Shown here in pieces: positions 24,301 to 39,637 of a stretch of DNA of 64,000 nucleotides; the stretch's first letter is position 1, and the number at the start of each line of letters is the position of its first letter. A program made the position numbers and the translations under genes. The DNA lies in contig OZ024743.1 in NCBI GenBank assembly GCA_964016885.1, forward strand, positions 251,968,001 through 252,032,000, written 5' to 3'. The notes under the pieces are model-generated. The model saw nothing but the letters and a program-made list of their open reading frames with translations, was not told the DNA's origin and ran no database searches. This stretch comes from Eledone cirrhosa. Its lineage: Eukaryota.

Positions 24301-25461
24301 GGTCGCTTTTCACTTTCATCCTTATATCATTCAACAAAATATACTGATTATAAAATATATGAAAACTCCTTTTGTATGGTAGACTTAGTTTGTTCACATC
24401 ACCACATGGTTTTTGTATGATTGTCCCATTTAACATCACTATGTACTTTTTTTGTTTATCATTAGCTGAGTTTAGATGGTTACAATCAATGTGAATCCTT
24501 CCTCCCACATGCAAAGGCTCCTAGGTATTAACTTCATGATATTCAGGTCATGAATTTGATAGCTTGACTTGGCAGTGTGTTATGTTCTTATGTTCTAGCA
24601 CAAGACACTTCATTTGATGTTGATTTTTATGATAGAACTATGATCCTTACACTCAAGATAACTTCTATGAGGTGCATCCCTATAAAAGGCTAACTAAACC
24701 TAAATTTGTATGAGCCGTAAATTTCTTTTTCTGTTTTTTTCTAACCTTTCATTATGCTAAAAGTGCCCTGAAAAAATAAAGGGTCATAACGACTGCCTTT
24801 TCCTCCCTCACTATGTGGTACTAAAAACATTAAATCTTTTGTCTGGTATTATGAACTCCATGTAGGGTATTATGAACTCCATGTAGGCATTACACAGAGT
24901 TCATAAGCTGATGTAATTTCATAGAACAGCATATGTTAAGTTTCTCTGTAACACCATTTAGTGTCTGAAACAATGAGAAAATGAAATAAAACAAGATAAT
25001 ATTTTAAAGAACATAGTCGATTTATGTTTCTTTAAGCAATCATTATTATATAATAATTGCTTAGTTGTAAAAAATCAAATTTTACGTTGGAAATCATCAC
25101 ACGATTTTTATTCAATATATGTGTGTGTATTTATATATTTATATATATTTATATTTATATATTTATATATCTGAGTGAATAAGTAATATATAAGTGTGCA
25201 TATATCTCTCTCTATATATATATAAATATACATGTGTATGTATATACTAATTAGTGAGTATATGTTCCTTCTGTTGGAGCTCTAATGACTTGTAACTATG
25301 TGGATATATATTTATATACACCCACCTATAATTATATATATAAATATGTAGGTGTATGCATATATATGGATATATATGTGAATACACTCACAAACTCACA
25401 CACACACACATATATATATAGCCACATATAAATACATTTCTATAGATATGTAGGTGTATGC

Positions 25462-25515
<54 letters not shown>

Positions 25516-25716
25516 ATATATATATATGTGTGGTAGTGGGGGTGTATGCATATAAATATATATATATATATACACCCACAGATATATCTATAACATGACA
25601 CAGTTTTGTTTGTTCTTTAACAAAGACGTGTTAATGTTATTGTGTACCATTCTGAGTTGTCTTAAGATTCCATAACAAAGTATGTTATGTTTTTTAAACA
25701 AACAGAAAACAACTAA

Positions 25717-25795
<79 letters not shown>

Positions 25796-26053
25796 TATGT
25801 ATGTGTGCATGTGTGTGTGTAAATGAAGAAATAAAATTATCAAAATTGCTTGTAACTTTTGATGTTTGCTAACACTGTGATGATTTGTTTTCTCTTTTGA
25901 AATTTAATTATTGGTGATCAATAATTGATCTAATATTTTCAATTATGTTCTTTACATGAAATTTACACTGGGTTTTCACTTGTGTATATATATATATATA
26001 TATATACATAAATATATATATATACATAAATATATAAATATATATATGTATAC

Positions 26054-26136
<83 letters not shown>

Positions 26137-26700
26137 TATATATACATACATAAATATATATATATTTACATAAATATGTATATGTATGTATATTTATTTA
26201 TAATGTTTGTATTATGGTTTTGTGTCATAGACATGGTAAACATGCACTAAATTAAGGAGTCATGTATTGTATTTATATAGAGTCAATATAATATTTGTTA
26301 TAAATTGTGAGTGTTTACTTCAAAGTTTTGCCAATGTTACTGGCTTATTAAGACTGTTTTACTAAGCCAGAAACGTTGGCCAAAATCCAAAGTTTGGATA
26401 GTAAGTGTGGGGTGAAGAAGTGCCAAGAGAATCCAATGGAAAAAAAGCTGCAGTAGAAGACTGAGGATGATCTGATCAGAAATGGTGAGAGTTAATCTCA
26501 ATATGCAGAACCTTAGAAAGAAGATGATGAAGGAATGAAACTAATGAAGGTAAGCAGTACTTTAAAAGATCAGCCTGACCCTTTCAGGCTTGGAAAAGTA
26601 AATGTGAATGGATGATGATGATATATATGTGCATATGAGAAAAATAGCATTGGAAGAAAATACAATATATTAGTTTAATGTATGGTGTAGTAGGAAAATA

Positions 26701-26736
26701 GCTTTAATATTTCTAACGTTGGTCCTTCATCAGAAG
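26701..26736 (-). ncRNA. Minimal hammerhead-like motif (family also at ~7217-7247 minus, ~17973 plus, ~56995-57027 plus)
   Basis: Reverse complement: CTT-CTGATGA-AGGAC-CAAC-GTTA-GAAATATTA-AAG. The inferred consensus is CTGATGAAGGACTAACGTCCGAAACGTTA. Confidence 0.55.
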
Positions 26737-27859
26737 ATAGAATGAGAAAAAGAAGAAAAAATAGAAAGATAGATGAAAGTAAGAAAAGAAAGAAAATGCA
26801 AAAATGTTTTTCGGGGTAAAAACACATGTATAGTTAGTTGCTTTAGAAGATTGCATTTCGTAATGAGACATATGTATTAAAGTTTTACAGGGGAAGATAT
26901 AGGCATTGAGGATCGGATGTGTGTATGTACAAAGATGTGGTAAGGTTATGAAAATCCTGATATGTGTGCTAATATAAAATTATAAATAATAATGAATATT
27001 TACTGAGGAATATACTCAATACTGATAGTAGAGGCAAATATATTCCACCTACATTGGCTTAACTGGGATTCTGAGTTTCACCTTCAGTGCCTTATTAAGC
27101 CAGGAATATACAGAAACAGATACTTGCTACAGTAGTAGTAGAAGATTCAATGACAGAAACATGCATTAACCCTGTTATTATCAAACATGAAATAAAAAAA
27201 AATTAAAACAATGCTCACAGTTGTAAAATTGAAACCAGACAAGGGAATAGTGATTAATACATCAATCAAAATGGGAAACATGCTTTTATAACTATACTTC
27301 TAGCAACTGTAGATAGTAAATAAATAGAGGACTCATCAGCTCTACTCAATATAGGACAACCTCCCTAGTGCTGGTGCCATGATAAGATACTCCCAGTATA
27401 TTCTGTGAAGAGGTAAGGCTGGTGTTATGGTAAAATGCACAAAGTACACTCTGTAAAGTGGTTGAACTGGTGTCATGATAAAAAGCACCCAGTACACTCG
27501 GTAAGACAAAGTTGATGTTGATAAGATTCAAATCTTGTGAACATCAACTTTGACTTTCTTTTTTCCAGGGTTGTTAAAATAAAGTACCTGTCTTGCACAT
27601 TGGAATGGCCGAATTGTTAGTGCATTGAATATGGTGCCTTGTAGTTTTTTTTGTTTGATTATAGGTCTGCTCAGGTAATGTTGACCTGCATCTTAACAGC
27701 ATTAGCTGTCGCCACCACCACCAACAACAACAAAATTATTACCACCACCACTAACAATAACAAAACCACCAGCACCATTACCAACACCATCACCAGCAAT
27801 AACGCTGCCATTGCCATTAGCACTATCAACACAACCACCACTAATAACTTCATAATAAT

Positions 27860-28030
27860 AATTGTTTCTACTTTTGGCACAAGGCCGGCAATTATACCAG
27901 TGCATTACTGGTACTTTATTTTATCGACCCTGTAAGGATGAAAGGCAAAGTTAACCTCGGAATGTAAAGGACCATAACTTTATACTGCAAAGCATGGTGT
28001 CCAACCCTCTACCGATACTGCTAATCCTAC
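27860..28030 (-). mobile_element. tRNA SINE with internal deletion
   Basis: Same family as 4184-4378 but lacking the box-B segment. Confidence 0.8.
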
Positions 28031-28059
28031 TAATCCTACTAATCCTACTAATAAAAAGG

Positions 28060-28540
28060 GAGTTAGGTGTAAAAGCCAAACTCGCTATCTTCAATTTGGT
28101 ATTCATGCCAAGCCTTACATATGGTTCCTTACCTTCGGAATGACCAAAAGGATATGATTGTGAATACAAGCAGCTGAAATGAGATTTCTTCTAAAGGGTC
28201 TTTGGAGTAATGTTACTCAATAGAGTGCATAGTTCAGAGATCAGGGAGTCACTCCAAGTAGAGCCACTACTTCTCTGAATTAAGATATCACAGATCCAAT
28301 ACTTAGGGTATGTGATTAGAATGTCTCAGGAAAGAATTGTTGGACAGATTTTACAGGCAAAACCAACCGGCAAAAGACCCCGGGGTAGACCCTGAGCAAG
28401 AGGGTTTGATATCATCCATGAGATTGGCTGTCACGCTTTGGGATCCAGCTGGATCAGTTGGAGACAGTTGCTTCTGACAGGACTTTCTTCTCCCATTTAT
28501 TCCCGAGAGGAATAAATGGGAGAAGAAAAAGAACAAAGCT
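28060..28540 (+). mobile_element. RTE family C 3' fragment
   Basis: AAEMRFLLRVFGVMLLNRV...EPLLL...GKRPRGRP. Homologous to 3500-3765. Confidence 0.75.
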
Positions 28541-28574
28541 CAAGACCAACATTTAGTGGGAAGGGGAAACTTAC

Positions 28575-28910
28575 TTGTTTTCACCCCAGTACATTTCTGG
28601 TACAATATTTTTCAACTCCAGAAGGATAAAAGGCAAAGTTTACCTCAAAGGGATTTGAACTCGGAATGTAGTAAGTCATAATTATATACCACAAAGCATG
28701 TTGGCTTACATTCCACTGATACTGCCAATCCAACGTCCTGATAAGGGTTTCTGGTTTAGACACAAGTTCAACAATTTTGAGGGGAGGGGAAAATCGAATA
28801 AATTAACCCCAGTGTGTTTATAGTACTTTATTTTATCAACATTGGAAGGATGAAAGGCAAAGTTGACGTCAGAGAGATGTGAGCTCAGAATATAAAGCCC
28901 TGAAAGAAAT
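28575..28910 (-). mobile_element. Two degenerate tRNA SINEs
   Basis: GGATAAAAGGCAAAG/GGATGAAAGGCAAAG + GATTTGAACTC segments. Confidence 0.7.
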
Positions 28911-29277
28911 ACCAACTTGCATAAAAATAATAATAGTAATACTTATTATCATAGTCAACTGCTGCACCAATAGGCCTCACTTTCAATTTAGTGCGCTTTA
29001 AAGTTTTATTTTTTTAAAGAGCAAAGTTTGAATTATATCAAATGTTTTTTTTTTTGTGTGTGTTTGTTTATATATAACAGTATGCATTTATATGTCTATA
29101 GCTGTGATATTTATGTGCATATATGTGTATTTGTGGGTGCATGTGTTTCAGGTCATCTTTTCTTCTTCATTTGATCTTATTATTGGAGTTTTTTGTTTAA
29201 AATTTCCTTTATTTTAAATTCTTTAAATTGAAATTTTCATTTTCTCATTTTAATTTGATTCTCAAATTTTTCTTTTA

Positions 29278-29410
29278 ATTCTTCTTCTTCTTCTTCTTCT
29301 TCTTCTTCTTCTTCTTCTTCTTCTTCTTTTAATTCTTCTTCTTCTTCTTCTTCTTCTTCTTCTTCTTCTTCTTCTTCTTCTTCTCCTTCTTCTTCTTCTT
29401 CTTCTTCTTC

Positions 29411-29452
<42 letters not shown>
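29278..29452. repeat. Compound (CTT)n(ATT)n microsatellite
   Basis: Direct inspection. Confidence 0.97.
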
Positions 29453-29454
<2 letters not shown>

Positions 29455-30237
29455 CCAAGAGTTTAACCGAGCAAGAAGAGAACAAATATATTAAAAATAA
29501 ACAAAAAAAATAATTCTGAACTGATAAAAAAAAAATTAAATAAAAGGAAACATAATGAATAAAAAAAATCTTCAGAAAAATACCTGAGTAAATGAATAAC
29601 TAACTAAATTGATTTTAACACAAATTAAGTTGATTAATTGATTACAGTTTTCATTGTAAAATAAAAACCAAAATAAACTAGAAACCAAAGAAAGAAATAT
29701 ATAGAAAACAACAAACACCTTCCCTTCCATCATACACCATACTCCACCCCACTTCACCCCTCACATGTGACAGTGGAATAACAAGAAGAAATAAAATATA
29801 ATATAGAGTAAAATAACTGAAAAAGAAATAATTAAAAAAATATTCATAATAATAATAAAAATTAGAGAACTGCCCACTCCTATTACTATGTTTGCAGATG
29901 CACATATGCACAAACATGCATATATATACGCACACACAAATGTATGTCCATACACACAGAGCTTCACATACTCTTATATGCACATACAAGCCTACTCATA
30001 AGTGGACACACACACATAAGTGCATACATGTATACATATGCATACGCATGCACACACACACACTTCACACACATTAACACATACATACACACACATATAC
30101 ATACTTGCATGCACTTGTACATACATACAGATACAATATAGAAAAGTATATATATACATACACCCATGACATCGTGCATATATATACATACACTCACTCA
30201 CACATGTGTGTTTGTATATATATATATATGTATACAA

Positions 30238-30328
<91 letters not shown>

Positions 30329-30827
30329 TTTTATAAACCCAGACATGCATATATACTCATGACAAATCAGCAGATAGTCACATGGGTATAAAATGAATTA
30401 TAGCCACACACATACACACGTCATATTCAGAACCATATAAAGACCCACACACGTTTACATGCACACAAGCACAACACACATACATACATCCACACACATA
30501 CATACATCCACACACCTACATACATCCACACATATGTGCATATACAAACACACATACATACACACACATACATACACACACACACACATACATATATAGT
30601 AACACATATACTTACATATCCATGACAAATCAATGATTTAAAAAGTGCGTTTTGGTGGGTGGGTGATTGTTTCTGCTTTTTATTTAACCATGTCCATGCA
30701 AATTCCTATTTGATCAAAGTATTTTCTTTTATTTTTACTATTGATCAGAGAGCATTAGAGAGAGAGGGAGAGAGGGAGAGAGAGAGACAGACAGACAGAT
30801 AGATAGAGAGAGAGTGGGGAAAGATAA

Positions 30828-30878
<51 letters not shown>

Positions 30879-31264
30879 AGTAAAAAAATACACTAATAAA
30901 TAATTATATAATCTGAAATAAAAAAAAAAATGCAAAATTATTAGAAATTGGAAAAATACAGAATAAAGGATTAAAAAAGGACAGAGAGAGAGAAAGAGAG
31001 AAAGAACAATTAAATAAATAAGGATAATAAAAAAAAACTATAATAATAATAATAATATAATTATAACAGTAACAACAAATTCAAGAAGAATGTCAAGATA
31101 ATGTCAGAATAAAAAAATGTTCTTAAGCGATACCAATGATAGGATTGCGTATATTATGGGAGGACTTAATGAAATTTAAACACCCCGTGTGAAAATTTCC
31201 TAATTTAATCTAAATATATTTTTCTTCTATGTTATTCTTTTCATTTTAAGCCTTCTACAGAAGG

Positions 31265-32350
31265 TGATGGATTGCCAGAATCATTAAAGCAGCAGACATA
31301 TTTATGTATGGTATTTAGTTAAGATTCTCTATATTCTGAGATCAACTTTGTCTTTCATTTCGGTGGTCGATGACATAAAATACCAGTTAAGTACTAGGAT
31401 CAATATAATCGATTTTCCCTCTAATTGCTGGCCTTGTGCCTCTGTTAAAAATAATTATTAGACCTTCTAATGATAGTGGTAGATTGGCAGAATCATTAAA
31501 GTGTTGGACAAAATATTTTGCAGCATTTTGTTCTAACTCTTTATATTCTGATTTTAAATCCTGACGTCAACTTTGTCTTTTAACTTTTTTGAGATCAATA
31601 AAATAAAGTACCTAATACATGGTGGTCTATTGGTTGAGATGTGTTCAATGTGATCAACTATCCCCTCCCCAACAAATTGTCCAAACTATCCAAGCATGGA
31701 AAAATGGACAGAAAATGATAATTCTAATTTTTAAGCTTTTGTACAAGAGAATGGTGGATTGACAGAATTGGTATTTAGCTCTGAGTTCAAGTCATACCAT
31801 GGTCAACATTTGCTTTTTATCTTTCTGGGATCACTGAGAAAAAGTACCAGTCAAGTATTTTATCTCACGATTATACCCTCCCCAAAATTACTTAACTAAA
31901 ATGTTATATAGAAGTAAGAGCACCCTTCTATATAACATTACCTCAAATAGGACCCCCTGCTGAATATGAAATCATGCAGGCATGCAAAAACAGTCATAAA
32001 ATTATAACATTCACCTCTCCATGTTTTAAGTTGAAATTTTTCAAAAGGTGTTAGTTAACTGCTCTTTACATCTCTTCAAAAGGCAGTTGATTTGTTGAAG
32101 TCGATATTTGTTCTGGATCTCTGTGTGATGAGTTCAAATACTAGTGTTCCAAAGGATTTCTTGTTCTGACTCTTCCATGACCTTTTGTTTTTATTGTCTT
32201 GACATATAACTGAAAGAAATTTCATCTAAATAGTCATTAGAGCATTGTATATTTGTTCCAGTTCTCTGCTCTTTCAGTTCAAATCCCACCATGGTCTAAT
32301 TTGTCTTTCATCAATGCAAGGTTGATAAAGAAAGAACCAGCCCAGTACTG
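31265..32350 (+). mobile_element. Cluster of old tRNA-SINE copies
   Basis: Repeated GATTGGCAGAATC...TCAACTTTGTCTTT...AAAGTACC segments. Confidence 0.6.
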
Positions 32351-32770
32351 GTGCAGCCATGTTTTCCACCAGCTGTCATATTCTGGATATTCTACTTGAT
32401 CAAAAAAGGGAAGGTTAAAAGGTTGTTGACGTCAACTCAGAACTGTATTGGCACCTAAAACCCTTAGTGTAATCATAGCACATTCAACAAAATTATACTC
32501 GATTGTAGGTAACAGCTGTGATACATCACTTCAAAGTCTATGAAATAGATACCAGTGTAAAATTTTGCTTAAAGAATTAAGAAAAAATGATTTCTTCAAA
32601 GAAAGTTAAGATTTGAAAAAACCACCAGTAGCCATTTTATAATCTGAAACAACCAAAACTGAAAATATAAACACAGTTGTAATATAATGAGTGTCTGTTT
32701 TATCCATGATGATTGAGCAATGTTGTATGAAACCTTTGGTTATGCAGGAATATCATAAATAATTATGTTT

Positions 32771-32965
32771 ATAATAATTGTTTCTACTTTAGGCACAAGG
32801 CCAGCAATTACCCAGTACATTACTGGTACTTTATTTTATCGACCCCGTAAGGATGAAAGGCAAAGTCAACCTCGGCGGGATTTGAACTCAGATCGTAAAG
32901 GGACGTAACTATGCTGGAAAGCATGGCGTCCGACCCTCTACCGATACTGCCAATCCACCGAATAA
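32771..32965 (-). mobile_element. Young tRNA SINE
   Basis: Near-identical to 4379-4576. Confidence 0.9.
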
Positions 32966-33375
32966 TATTCGTATTTTACAAACAATTTTCATGTATCATC
33001 ATCATCACCACTATCATTTTTCTATAGTTATAAAAATATTTTATAATAATCTGTGTATTAAGCACTCTGTGGTTTGATAACATAAAGTTATCTATCAAAA
33101 TTTATTTTGAAATTATTCTCTCTCTCACTCCAGCCAGTGGTAGTTCAAATCCCAAATTAAAGATAACAACAGAAAATGTTACATATATATTGAATGTTTG
33201 TGGTGAGAAAACAAGGAAAACCACAAATCAGAGTAGTAGTCGATGAATGGAGGGATTCAGAGTGTGTATATTAATGAGGGAGATTCGACTGCGAACCTGA
33301 GCGGTTTCAGCTTACAGCCACTTCAAGCTTCAGAAAAAGCTTGGAGAGCTCACAGAGGAAATCTCCATTTCATTA

Positions 33376-33447
<72 letters not shown>

Positions 33448-34924
33448 TCATTTCATCATCATCATCATTTCATTTTACGTCCGCTTTTTCCCTGCTTGCA
33501 AGGGTGGGATGGGAACTGATTCTGGCTTGATTTCTACAGCTGGATGCCCTTCCTAACACCAACCTCATTTACAGTGAGTGCTGGGTGCTTTTTTGCCGTC
33601 GCACCTCCACGACCACGTTGCAGTGGAATGATAGGGACCCCAGTCCCTATCATCTCATTTATACAGCTGAGTAAACTGGAGAAATGTGAAATAAAGTGTC
33701 TTGCTCAAGGAAACAACACATCACCAGGTCTGTGTTATATAAAAACCCGTAGAGCAAATATATATTATAAGAACAGATGAAAGTTTAAGAAAAGAATCAC
33801 AGCTTTCATCCTTAACAGGATCTTCTGCATGTGTGTGTCTGTCTGCAGCCCTACCTTTGTAGCATGTTTTCTATAAATATGTGTGTGATCATTGTGGCAG
33901 ATAAATAAAATAATTAGTATTAAAGAATAAACAGATGGTTGCAGATTAGTAGATTTATTAGAGCATCTGACAAACACTTCATATTATATTTTCTGGCTCT
34001 TTACATTCTTAGTTAAAATCCTACTGAGATAAACTTTACCTTTCATCCTTCCAAGATCAATAAAATATAATACCAGTAAAGTTATGGAGATGGTGTATCA
34101 ACCTTTCCCACTCAACAAATTGCTGCCCTTGTACTTAAATTAGAAAACATTATTATTTTATAATTCCAATTGCTAAATAACTGTAATTACTATCAGTTTC
34201 ATAATAATAATAATGATAATAATAATGATGATGATGATGATGATTTCAATACTACTACTACTATTACTACTACTCCTACAACAATTACTACTACTATTAT
34301 TATTGGTATATTTTTGATTTCTTCTTTCTGTGAAGAAACTCTTTAGCGAGATATAAAAATTAAATTGGATTTGAATTCACTGTGAAAACAGCGTGGCAAA
34401 GCTAATTAAGGCTTTGTTAATCTTACGAGAAACCGAGACACATTAAAGTTGTTTTCTTTTTGTTTCTTTACTCATTCTTGGTGTGTGTAAATATGTGTGT
34501 AAAATTGTAAATGAAGACATACACATACATAGGCACATGCACATAAAGACATGATTAAGTATGCAACATACAGATTTATAGTAGTATATATGTATATATG
34601 CATACATTAGTGTTGTACACACAACACAAATATATACATATATACAAATATAAATCTGTATCTTGCATACTGAAATATATATATATATATATATAATACA
34701 ACACAAATATAAACATATATGCAACTATAAATCTGTATTTTGCATATTTAATCATGTCTTTATGTGTATGTATCTATGTATGTGTATGTTTTCATTTACA
34801 GATTCATACATATATATATAAAAGTGTGTGTGCATACACACATACACACACACACAACGCACATGAATACTAGCACATATATGTGTATGTTTATATATAT
34901 ATTTATATATATATGTATGTGTGT

Positions 34925-34964
<40 letters not shown>

Positions 34965-35499
34965 TCATCATCATCATCACCACCATTTAATCTCCATTTT
35001 TCCATGCTAGCATGGTTTAGATGAGTTATCCTATTGTGAGATAGGCCAGATCAATTGACCAAGTCTTGCTCATACAGAATTGATTTTGGCTTGGTTTCTA
35101 GAGCTGGATACCCTTCCTAAAGCCAACCAGTTTACAATGTGCTCTGGGTGCTTTTTGTCATATCACGTACACAACCACTTTACAGTGTGGGCTGGGCGCT
35201 GTTTGTTGTGTCACCATCATGACCACTTTACAGTGTGAGCTGGGGACTTTGGATGGAGAAGTGTGTGGGTATATGGGCTTCTGTGAGGGGAAGATTGTTA
35301 GGATGTGGGAGGTGAATGGAAGGAGGTGGAGGTGAAGGTGGTGCACACTAGATGTATGTTGCAGCCTGTGCTCATGGGAAGGCGGGCCTTCTGTATTACT
35401 GCATAACACTAGAGATGTCAGTCCTGTGTCATCATCTTTTACAGGTGCAATTGTGCAGGGTCTTATAAATATATGTGTTTATATATGTATAAATATATT

Positions 35500-36295
35500 T
35501 ATACAAGGGGCAACTGAAACGTTTTGAGCCTCCAAGAAACAGTAGCATATACAAATATTTTCTTGTTTTATTTTTCAGCATAGTCTCCCTTTGAGTCCAC
35601 ACACTTCTTTCAATGGTACTGAAGTGCCTGGATCCCACTGAAGTACTCCTCAGTTTGGTTGTCTAAGTAGGTGTCCACAGCATCTATGACATCATCATCT
35701 GTGGAATAGTGTTGTTCGAACATATCTTTATACATGTTTGGGAAAAAGTGGAGGTCGGAGGGTGTGAGGTCTCATGATTATAGTGGAAGAGGAATGAGTT
35801 TGAACCAACTGTCATGGATTGTTGCATTTGTCACCACGAGGTGTGGGCAGGAGCATGGTCAGGATGGATCAAGAGCCTGTTCATCATCAATCCTGGTCTC
35901 TTCTTGATGTTCTCACACAGTCATTTAAGCAGGTCGATATAGTATTGTCTGGTGATGGTGTCGCCCTTTTAAAGATAATACTCAAACAACACCTTATGCA
36001 TCCCAGAAAACGGTAGCCATGACCTTTTCTGATTATCTTGTGACTTGGCCTTCTTTGGGCTTAGTGAGGATTGGTGCTTCCACTCTTTAGACAGCTTTTT
36101 TGTTTAAGTTGGTAGTGATGAACACAGATCTCGTCCATGGTTACACATTGTGCCAGGAAATCTTCCTGATCAACTTCAAAAAGTTCCAAGTTGTTGGATG
36201 ACATGGTGCGACAAGTGTACTCCTGTTTCTCACTCAAAAAGTATGGAACCCAGCATGCAGACACCTTTCTCAAACAAAGCTCATTTGTCAGAATA
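35500..36295 (-). mobile_element. mariner transposon remnant (transposase C-terminal half + one TIR)
   Basis: KVSACWVPYFL (WVPHEL-like), VTMDE, DLTPSDLHFFP and KCVDSKGDYAEK. The terminus TACAAGGGGCAACTGAAA sits at TA. Confidence 0.85.
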
Positions 36296-39200
36296 TTATT
36301 AGTTCACTCCCGGGAGATACATAACATGTTTGCTAGATATCGACTAGACTTCCCAAGTGCACCACTGTGGACGTGGAGCAACCGCACTGGGTCTTCTAGA
36401 TTGTATTTAGATAGATTTTTAATTTGACAGAATGATAAGGAAACATTAAGCTGTCCACAAATGCACATGGTTGCCTATTCAGACCACAAATTAGTCACCT
36501 GCATAGTCAACCTTGATAGAACACATAAACAGGGACCCGGATACTGGAAGCTAAACATGTCGCTCCCTGCGCGTAAGGCCTACAGTAAACGAATTAGCAC
36601 CTTAGTTAAGTGCCAGTTGATGGGGACGATCGTCAACAACAGGTGGTGGAGCTCTCTCAAGAGAGCAATTAGAATAGAATCGATAGCATTTAGCAAGGAA
36701 GTAGCTTTAGAAAAAAACAAAACTGAAAAGGAACTGGTAGCTAAAATAGAAGAGGCACTTAGGAATGGCAGTACAGCTGACGTGCTAGCGACGAGAACGG
36801 CACTAGACCAGTTCTTCAATGTGAAACACGAAGGTTGTATTGTCAGAAGTAGAACACGTGCTCTAAGAAACGAGGGAGCCAAATCTGTTAGCTGGGCCCG
36901 AGTGGCAGAGGCAAAAAGTGGCAACAAATCCACAATTCGGTCTTAGCAAGACAAAGATGGACGCATTATACTTATATCCAAGCAGATGTGCGCGGCCTTC
37001 CAGCAGCATTTTGCACAACTGTTCGGGCAAAGCGGTACACCGAGTGAGGTGATGGACTTCAGCTCCTACCTCAATGGCGTACCGCAACTCTCGAGCATGG
37101 ATGCGGAGAGCTGCGAAATAGAAGATGCCGTAGGCCACTGCGGGAAACGCAAATCACCCAGTTTGGATGGGCTACCCTATGAGTTTTACATAGGTATGCC
37201 AGACTTGTTCTCTGGCGTCCTCGAAGCGGTCTACTGCAACTAGCAGCAGAACGGGAGGATTCCCAGTTCTGTAGGCAGAGGCGTATTAACGCTGATCTGG
37301 AAAGATGAGAACAAGGGGGATGAGATAAGCAATTTCAGGTCCATAACTCTGCTCAACACAGAGTTAAAGATTTTGGCCAAGGTGTTAGTAGCAAGGCTGG
37401 CGCTTGTCGTCGAGAACCTGGTAGGGGAAGCTCAAACGTGTGCAATTCCGACCAGATCCATACACGACAACCTCCACCTCATGCGATACATCATAGAGAG
37501 AGAGTAGGGTGTAAACCTGGCTTTGGTGGGGCTCTGATCAATTTAGATCAGTCTAAGGCATTTGATAGGGTCGACCATCAATACTTGGAAGCAGTTCTCA
37601 AGGCGGCCGGCTTCGGTCCCGTCTTCAGAGGCTGGATCGCTGCCATGCACACCAGCATCTGCTCGGTAGTGAAGGTGAATGGCTACCTATCAGAGCCATT
37701 CCAAATCATGCGTTCCATTCGTCAGGGATGCCCTCTCTCCTCCATTCTGTATGTACTGACTCTCGGGTCGTTACTGCGGAAATTGGAGCTGTTGCAGGGC
37801 ATCCCGATCGAACCAGGACTGCGGAAAGCAGCGTCAGCCTATGCCGACGACATAACCGTAATGGTGTCGAAAACCTCGGAAATCAGGGTAATCGGCAACC
37901 TATTACAGGAATACGAAACGTTGACAGGAGCAAACCCAAACAAGTCTGTCGGTTTGCAACTCGGCACATGGAGAGACAAACCCATGCCTTCCGAGAGTGT
38001 CCTTAGACGCTGGACGGAAGGACCGGTGAAATTGCTCGGGGTCTGATTTGGTCCAGATCTCCAGGTGAACAAGAACTGGATAGAGGTCACGACGAAGGTG
38101 TTTGCACTCACCCAGAAGTGGGCTGAGTGCAAACTCTCCTTGAAAGGTCGAGCGGAGGTGGCAAACACTTACATAGCGTCCGTCATCTACTACCGCTTGA
38201 CAGTCGTGCCTTGCCCCCGCGAATACCTTACCAAAATGGAACGCTTACTCTTCAAGTTCCTCTGGAAGAAACAGGCTCCATTGGTGAGGAGATCCATCTG
38301 CTGTCAACACCCTTCTAACGGAGGGCTGGGCATGCCGTGGTTGATGATGCACAAAGATGCGCTGAGGCTATGCCATCTCCAAGTATTCCTGACCGGTGAA
38401 CCGTTGTGGCTGTCGTTTGTGAGACAAGCTCTTCCACAACTCGTCTCACTAACAGAGTTGCAGTCCTGGGTCAAGCGAAGACCGAAAATGGGTGCCTGGC
38501 ACCTCGAGTGCCTACAGGCGCTCACAGCCCTCTACCAAGCGGAAACGGCAATCAGCGGAGACTCTACGTCGACATTCTATAGGGGATTAGTGGAGGATAA
38601 GTGCGATGACGTTCTCGGGGAAACTCTAGACATCGAGTCTGTTCAGGAGGACTTTCCGTCCAGGGCCAATGGATAAATTCCAGTGGTCTCTGGCATGGCA
38701 GTGCTACAGAGGAGCTCTACCAGTTCGAGACAAAATCTAGAGGCACGGACGCCCTGGCAGAGATCCTGCCAAAAGGACCTGTCCAAGATGCGAGCAGGAT
38801 ATCGAAACCGTTCTGCACGCAATTGTTCAGTGCCCAGGGGTGACCGACCTGTGGAATTATGTCGAACAGCTGCTGTCACGTGTGGGACGCATCCAGTTGT
38901 CAGCCGAGTCCATCGTGAGGATCACCCCATCGCCTTCATTTAAGAACGAAGGAGAGGCGGTTTTCCTCTGTCTGGTGGCTATGGCGAAAGAGGTAATATG
39001 GTGGACGAGGTTAAAAGGACTGAGGGCAAACACCTTTCTCTCCGGACAACAACTTATCCCCTTCTTTAAGTATCACTTCAGAAGGAAGGTGAGAGTGGAG
39101 AAGAGAGGTGCTACACCCCAGTAAATTCGCTGAAAGGCGGTTGAATGTGGCAAAAATGGCCCGAGTGAATGGGCCTTCTCTGTATATAAACCTGTAGGTT

Positions 39201-39450
39201 GAGGAAGATAAACAGAGGGAAGACAGGAACTCCTACAAAACGTGTTCCTGGTATTGAGGGTTGTTCTATCCACGGGGTGTAAAACAACCCTGCAGTAACG
39301 TTCCTCCCTATTGGGGATTTCAATTGTTATTTTATTACATGTAGTTTATTGTTATTTATTAATGTTAAAGTTATTTGTATGTAAAACCCCGCCGTTATGT
39401 CTTATAATGTCCCATTTTTGTATGCCCCTGTGGAAAATAAAGAAAGATAT
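36296..39450 (+). mobile_element. Tx1/L1-clade LINE ORF2 (APE C-term, RT, zf-RVT), decayed
   Basis: YLDRFL, SDHKLV, GPGYWKLN, DQSKAFDRVDH, RQGCPLS, AYADD and GGLGMP. Contains several stops and frameshifts; AATAAA near 39435. Confidence 0.92.
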
Positions 39451-39637
39451 CTAATAAGATGACAGTCAAATTATTTTGTGTTTTTGTTTTGCTTTACATA
39501 TATTTTTTTCAAAATTGTGTCTGTAACACACTAATCAGTAAATGATGATGCAACTATGTTCAAGTACTCAATGTCATATGTATCCTTCTGACATCAAATT
39601 CATCTGTCCCCTTATCAGTAGCCTGAATTCTATTAGA

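Noticed and set aside
24290-24800. Possible host exon or decayed TE coding sequence
   Set aside because: No motif, splice pattern or consistent frame could be supported.
27002-27135. CTGAGGA...GAAAC hammerhead candidate
   Set aside because: The intervening region is very long and stems I/III are unconvincing.
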